DNA from: Magallana gigas
Lineage: Eukaryota
Assembly: GCF_963853765.1 (NCBI RefSeq)
Contig: NC_088859.1
Coordinates: forward strand, 18,724,001-18,788,000
DNA length: 64,000 nt
Reading direction: 5' to 3'
Shown: positions 61,990 to 64,000 of the stretch, in pieces
Layout of the letters: each line of letters starts with the position of its first letter
Position numbering within the stretch: position 1 is the stretch's first letter
The notes under the pieces: model-generated
Database searches by the model: none
What the model was told of the DNA's origin: nothing
Seen by the model: the letters and a program-made list of their open reading frames with translations, nothing else
Made by a program: the position numbers and the translations under genes

Positions 61990-63177
61990 TAAACTACACT
62001 GAAAACAGTTATATTACCAATTAGGTCCATCGCAGTTGTATCATCCTTTTGTGCGAATTACTCTTTTATATCCCTCTAGAAACTTTGTAGTGCTGTAGAT
62101 TCCTTATTTCACGCAAGTATTTAAATTTGTGATTCAACGGTTTTGCATCAAATAGCAAGAATATAAAATTGCTAAAGTCAAATTTTTATCATAATTCCAA
62201 ATAGTTTTGCATCTGTCCAAAAAATTAAGGTGAGATTTTTAAATCCATGAAATGTGCTTCTCACAATTTAAAATGAATATTAATTCCTCACATTTATTAA
62301 GGAATTTACAGTGTATGCATATTAAAATATAATCACCCCTGTATACACTATAGAAACTATTACACACCAAAACAAATGTCTCATCTGTACATATTCACAG
62401 GAATATTTTAAAGTTCAAATCAAAATTCAATTACCATTTTACATACACATATTCAAAAAGTACAATAAGAGAAGGAATTCATTAGAAGAGACAAAATACA
62501 CTTAAATGAAGACAGCACAAACAAATCAATATATATATATAGGGGCATATAGACATATAAGAATATATATCTATCTACATTGTATATCACAGGCACTTTT
62601 GTTCCCAAGAAGAGAAATGCTGAAGAATGAAAATCATATAATAAGGTATGAAAAATGATGTGCTTATTAATGCTTTAAAAATGGTGGTACAAAAAACAAT
62701 CAACATTGGGAATCATATATATACACGTAAATTATTGCAACAGACAAATAAACAAGAATAAAAAACCTTTTATAATAATTAAACATTTATAAAATCATTG
62801 TCACACCTGGCGAAAGAATCGGCATCTAATGTTTAATGGAGAAAAATCTTGTACGAAATCCTTTTCACCCCAAAAAATTGAAAAATTACTGGTACATATA
62901 CTTACAACATTTCCTTTTAAATGGCAAAAAAAAAATATTTACATGGATCCTTATAAATTGTACATGTAGTAAAAAAGAGCTCTTCAAAATATTTGGCATA
63001 TTTGCACCATTTTTGTTTCTAAGGTCCATTCATATTTTCGCCTACAGATATTTCAAGCTGCCTGGCAAGAATGGTTTCAAATATAACAGAATTTATAGCC
63101 TTTTTTTGTTAAATATATAAAAAATATCATTTTCATGATAGAGCAGTGTATAATACAAGCGTGAGATCCTTTCAGTT

Positions 63178-63349
63178 TCTGGTGTCTGGTGTACTGCTAC
63201 AAGCTCGCACACATCTCTTCACTGGGGTAGAGATTATTCTGGTGTCTGGTGTACTGCTACAAGCCCGCACACATCTCTTCACTGGGGTAGAGATTATTCT
63301 GGTGTCTAGCGTACTGCTACAAGCCCGCACACATCTCTTCACTGGGGTA
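63178..63349. repeat. 60-bp minisatellite, about 2.9 copies
   Basis: ggtgtctggtgtactgctacaagc(t/c)cgcacacatctcttcactggggtagagattattct at 63181, 63241 and 63301. Confidence 0.95.
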
Positions 63350-63539
63350 CAATTTACAGTGGACGGATTTAAATCTGTTAACATATAGAACCATTTTGTT
63401 TAATTTTCATCCTTTTGAGAATGACATAAACACTCTAGATTAAAACATGTATAAGTAAAAAATATAATTATCATCTTTAGTGCTTGTTATCTTCAGGAAT
63501 CTTGTTGAATTATTATATTTTTTGGTAGCATCAGTTAAT

Positions 63540-63909
63540 TTAGCTGCAGGTCTGTATAAACTGGGAAGAACGACCTGAGAGCTATAATTCTGTAACTGTT
63601 AAAAATCTTAACAGTAATTTATTTTCACTGGCAACACATTTTATTTTTCAACAATTCTATTAGTATCAGATTGATACCATGATGTCCCAGTAAATAAAGA
63701 GGATCTCTTCTGTCATACAAAGGAGTTGTCTTGGGGGGGGGGGGGGGGGGGGGGAGGGGGGGGAGGGGGAGCTAGAGGTCTCGGGATAGGGGAGGGGGGG
63801 TGTTGGGGGGGGGGGTGTTCCCTTTATAATTTGGTTACCTTGTAGGATCATCCTTCAGACTAAACCCTGGAACACTGGCCACATTCTGTTCATTGTAACT
63901 CAGGGTTAT
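63540..63909 (-). CDS. Probable last three coding exons (63839-63909, 63678-63709, about 63540-63574) of an unidentified gene entering from the right edge
   Basis: Phase-compatible AG/GT pairs give ITLSYNEQNVASVPGFSLKDDPT-R-RDPLYLLGHH-GRSSQFIQTCS* (an alternative last acceptor gives VTEL*). The product is not recognised. Confidence 0.4.
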
Positions 63910-64000
63910 CTACAAAATCAGGGACATTCATATTTCATTCATATCTAAATCTTGCATAATCTTAGTACCAGTATTGTGTAATACTGTAAATTCCTTATAT

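Noticed and set aside
63733-63815. Poly-G/C tracts as G-quadruplex elements (also 3077, 10010, 10243, 38535, 58707)
   Set aside because: Such homopolymers are ubiquitous parts of oyster MITEs and error-prone in assembly; nothing is specific here.
6013-64000. A complete cGLR-STING or CBASS-like operon
   Set aside because: No STING, effector or Cap-like gene is present; the neighbours are unrelated eukaryotic genes.
63981-64000. Possible start of another TA-flanked MITE (atactgtaaattcc)
   Set aside because: It is truncated by the window end, so the partner TIR is not visible.

Overview
Eukaryotic, AT-rich, repeat-dense genomic scaffold with two short N gaps. It is most likely an oyster (Crassostrea/Magallana), judged from a recognisable Cg170/'pearl'-type Helentron element and bivalve-type gene families. 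All supported host genes lie on the minus strand. From left to right: the 5' part of a secreted Gly/Ser-rich repeat protein (1-543, missed by the ORF track); a two-exon FAM167-family gene (3116-5053); a single-exon 910-aa ankyrin-repeat + cGAS/Mab-21-like nucleotidyltransferase with an intact catalytic triad (cGLR, 6013-8745); three tandem atypical class-A GPCRs, each with a 14-nt first coding exon; a RING-less B-box/coiled-coil/NHL TRIM-like gene (56474-58019); and probable last exons of an unidentified gene at the right edge. The middle GPCR is a chimera, 5' half like the left gene and 3' half like the right gene, and the intergenic spacer is duplicated. This is the anti-Lepore product expected from unequal crossing-over. 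Its intron has grown from about 0.9 kb to 11.2 kb through nested DNA transposons (Helentron-like > Ginger-like > Kolobok-like, plus a 3.1-kb TTAA element). Other mobile DNA includes an internally deleted Ngaro-type retrotransposon with an upstream SGNH hydrolase ORF, decayed Tx1/L1, L2/CR1-like and Penelope fragments, many MITEs, and three very small fold-back elements with 9-bp target-site duplications. There are no rRNA genes, functional tRNA genes or CRISPR arrays. Exon models, TIRs and TSDs were read by eye; family names come from motif recognition, not database searches.
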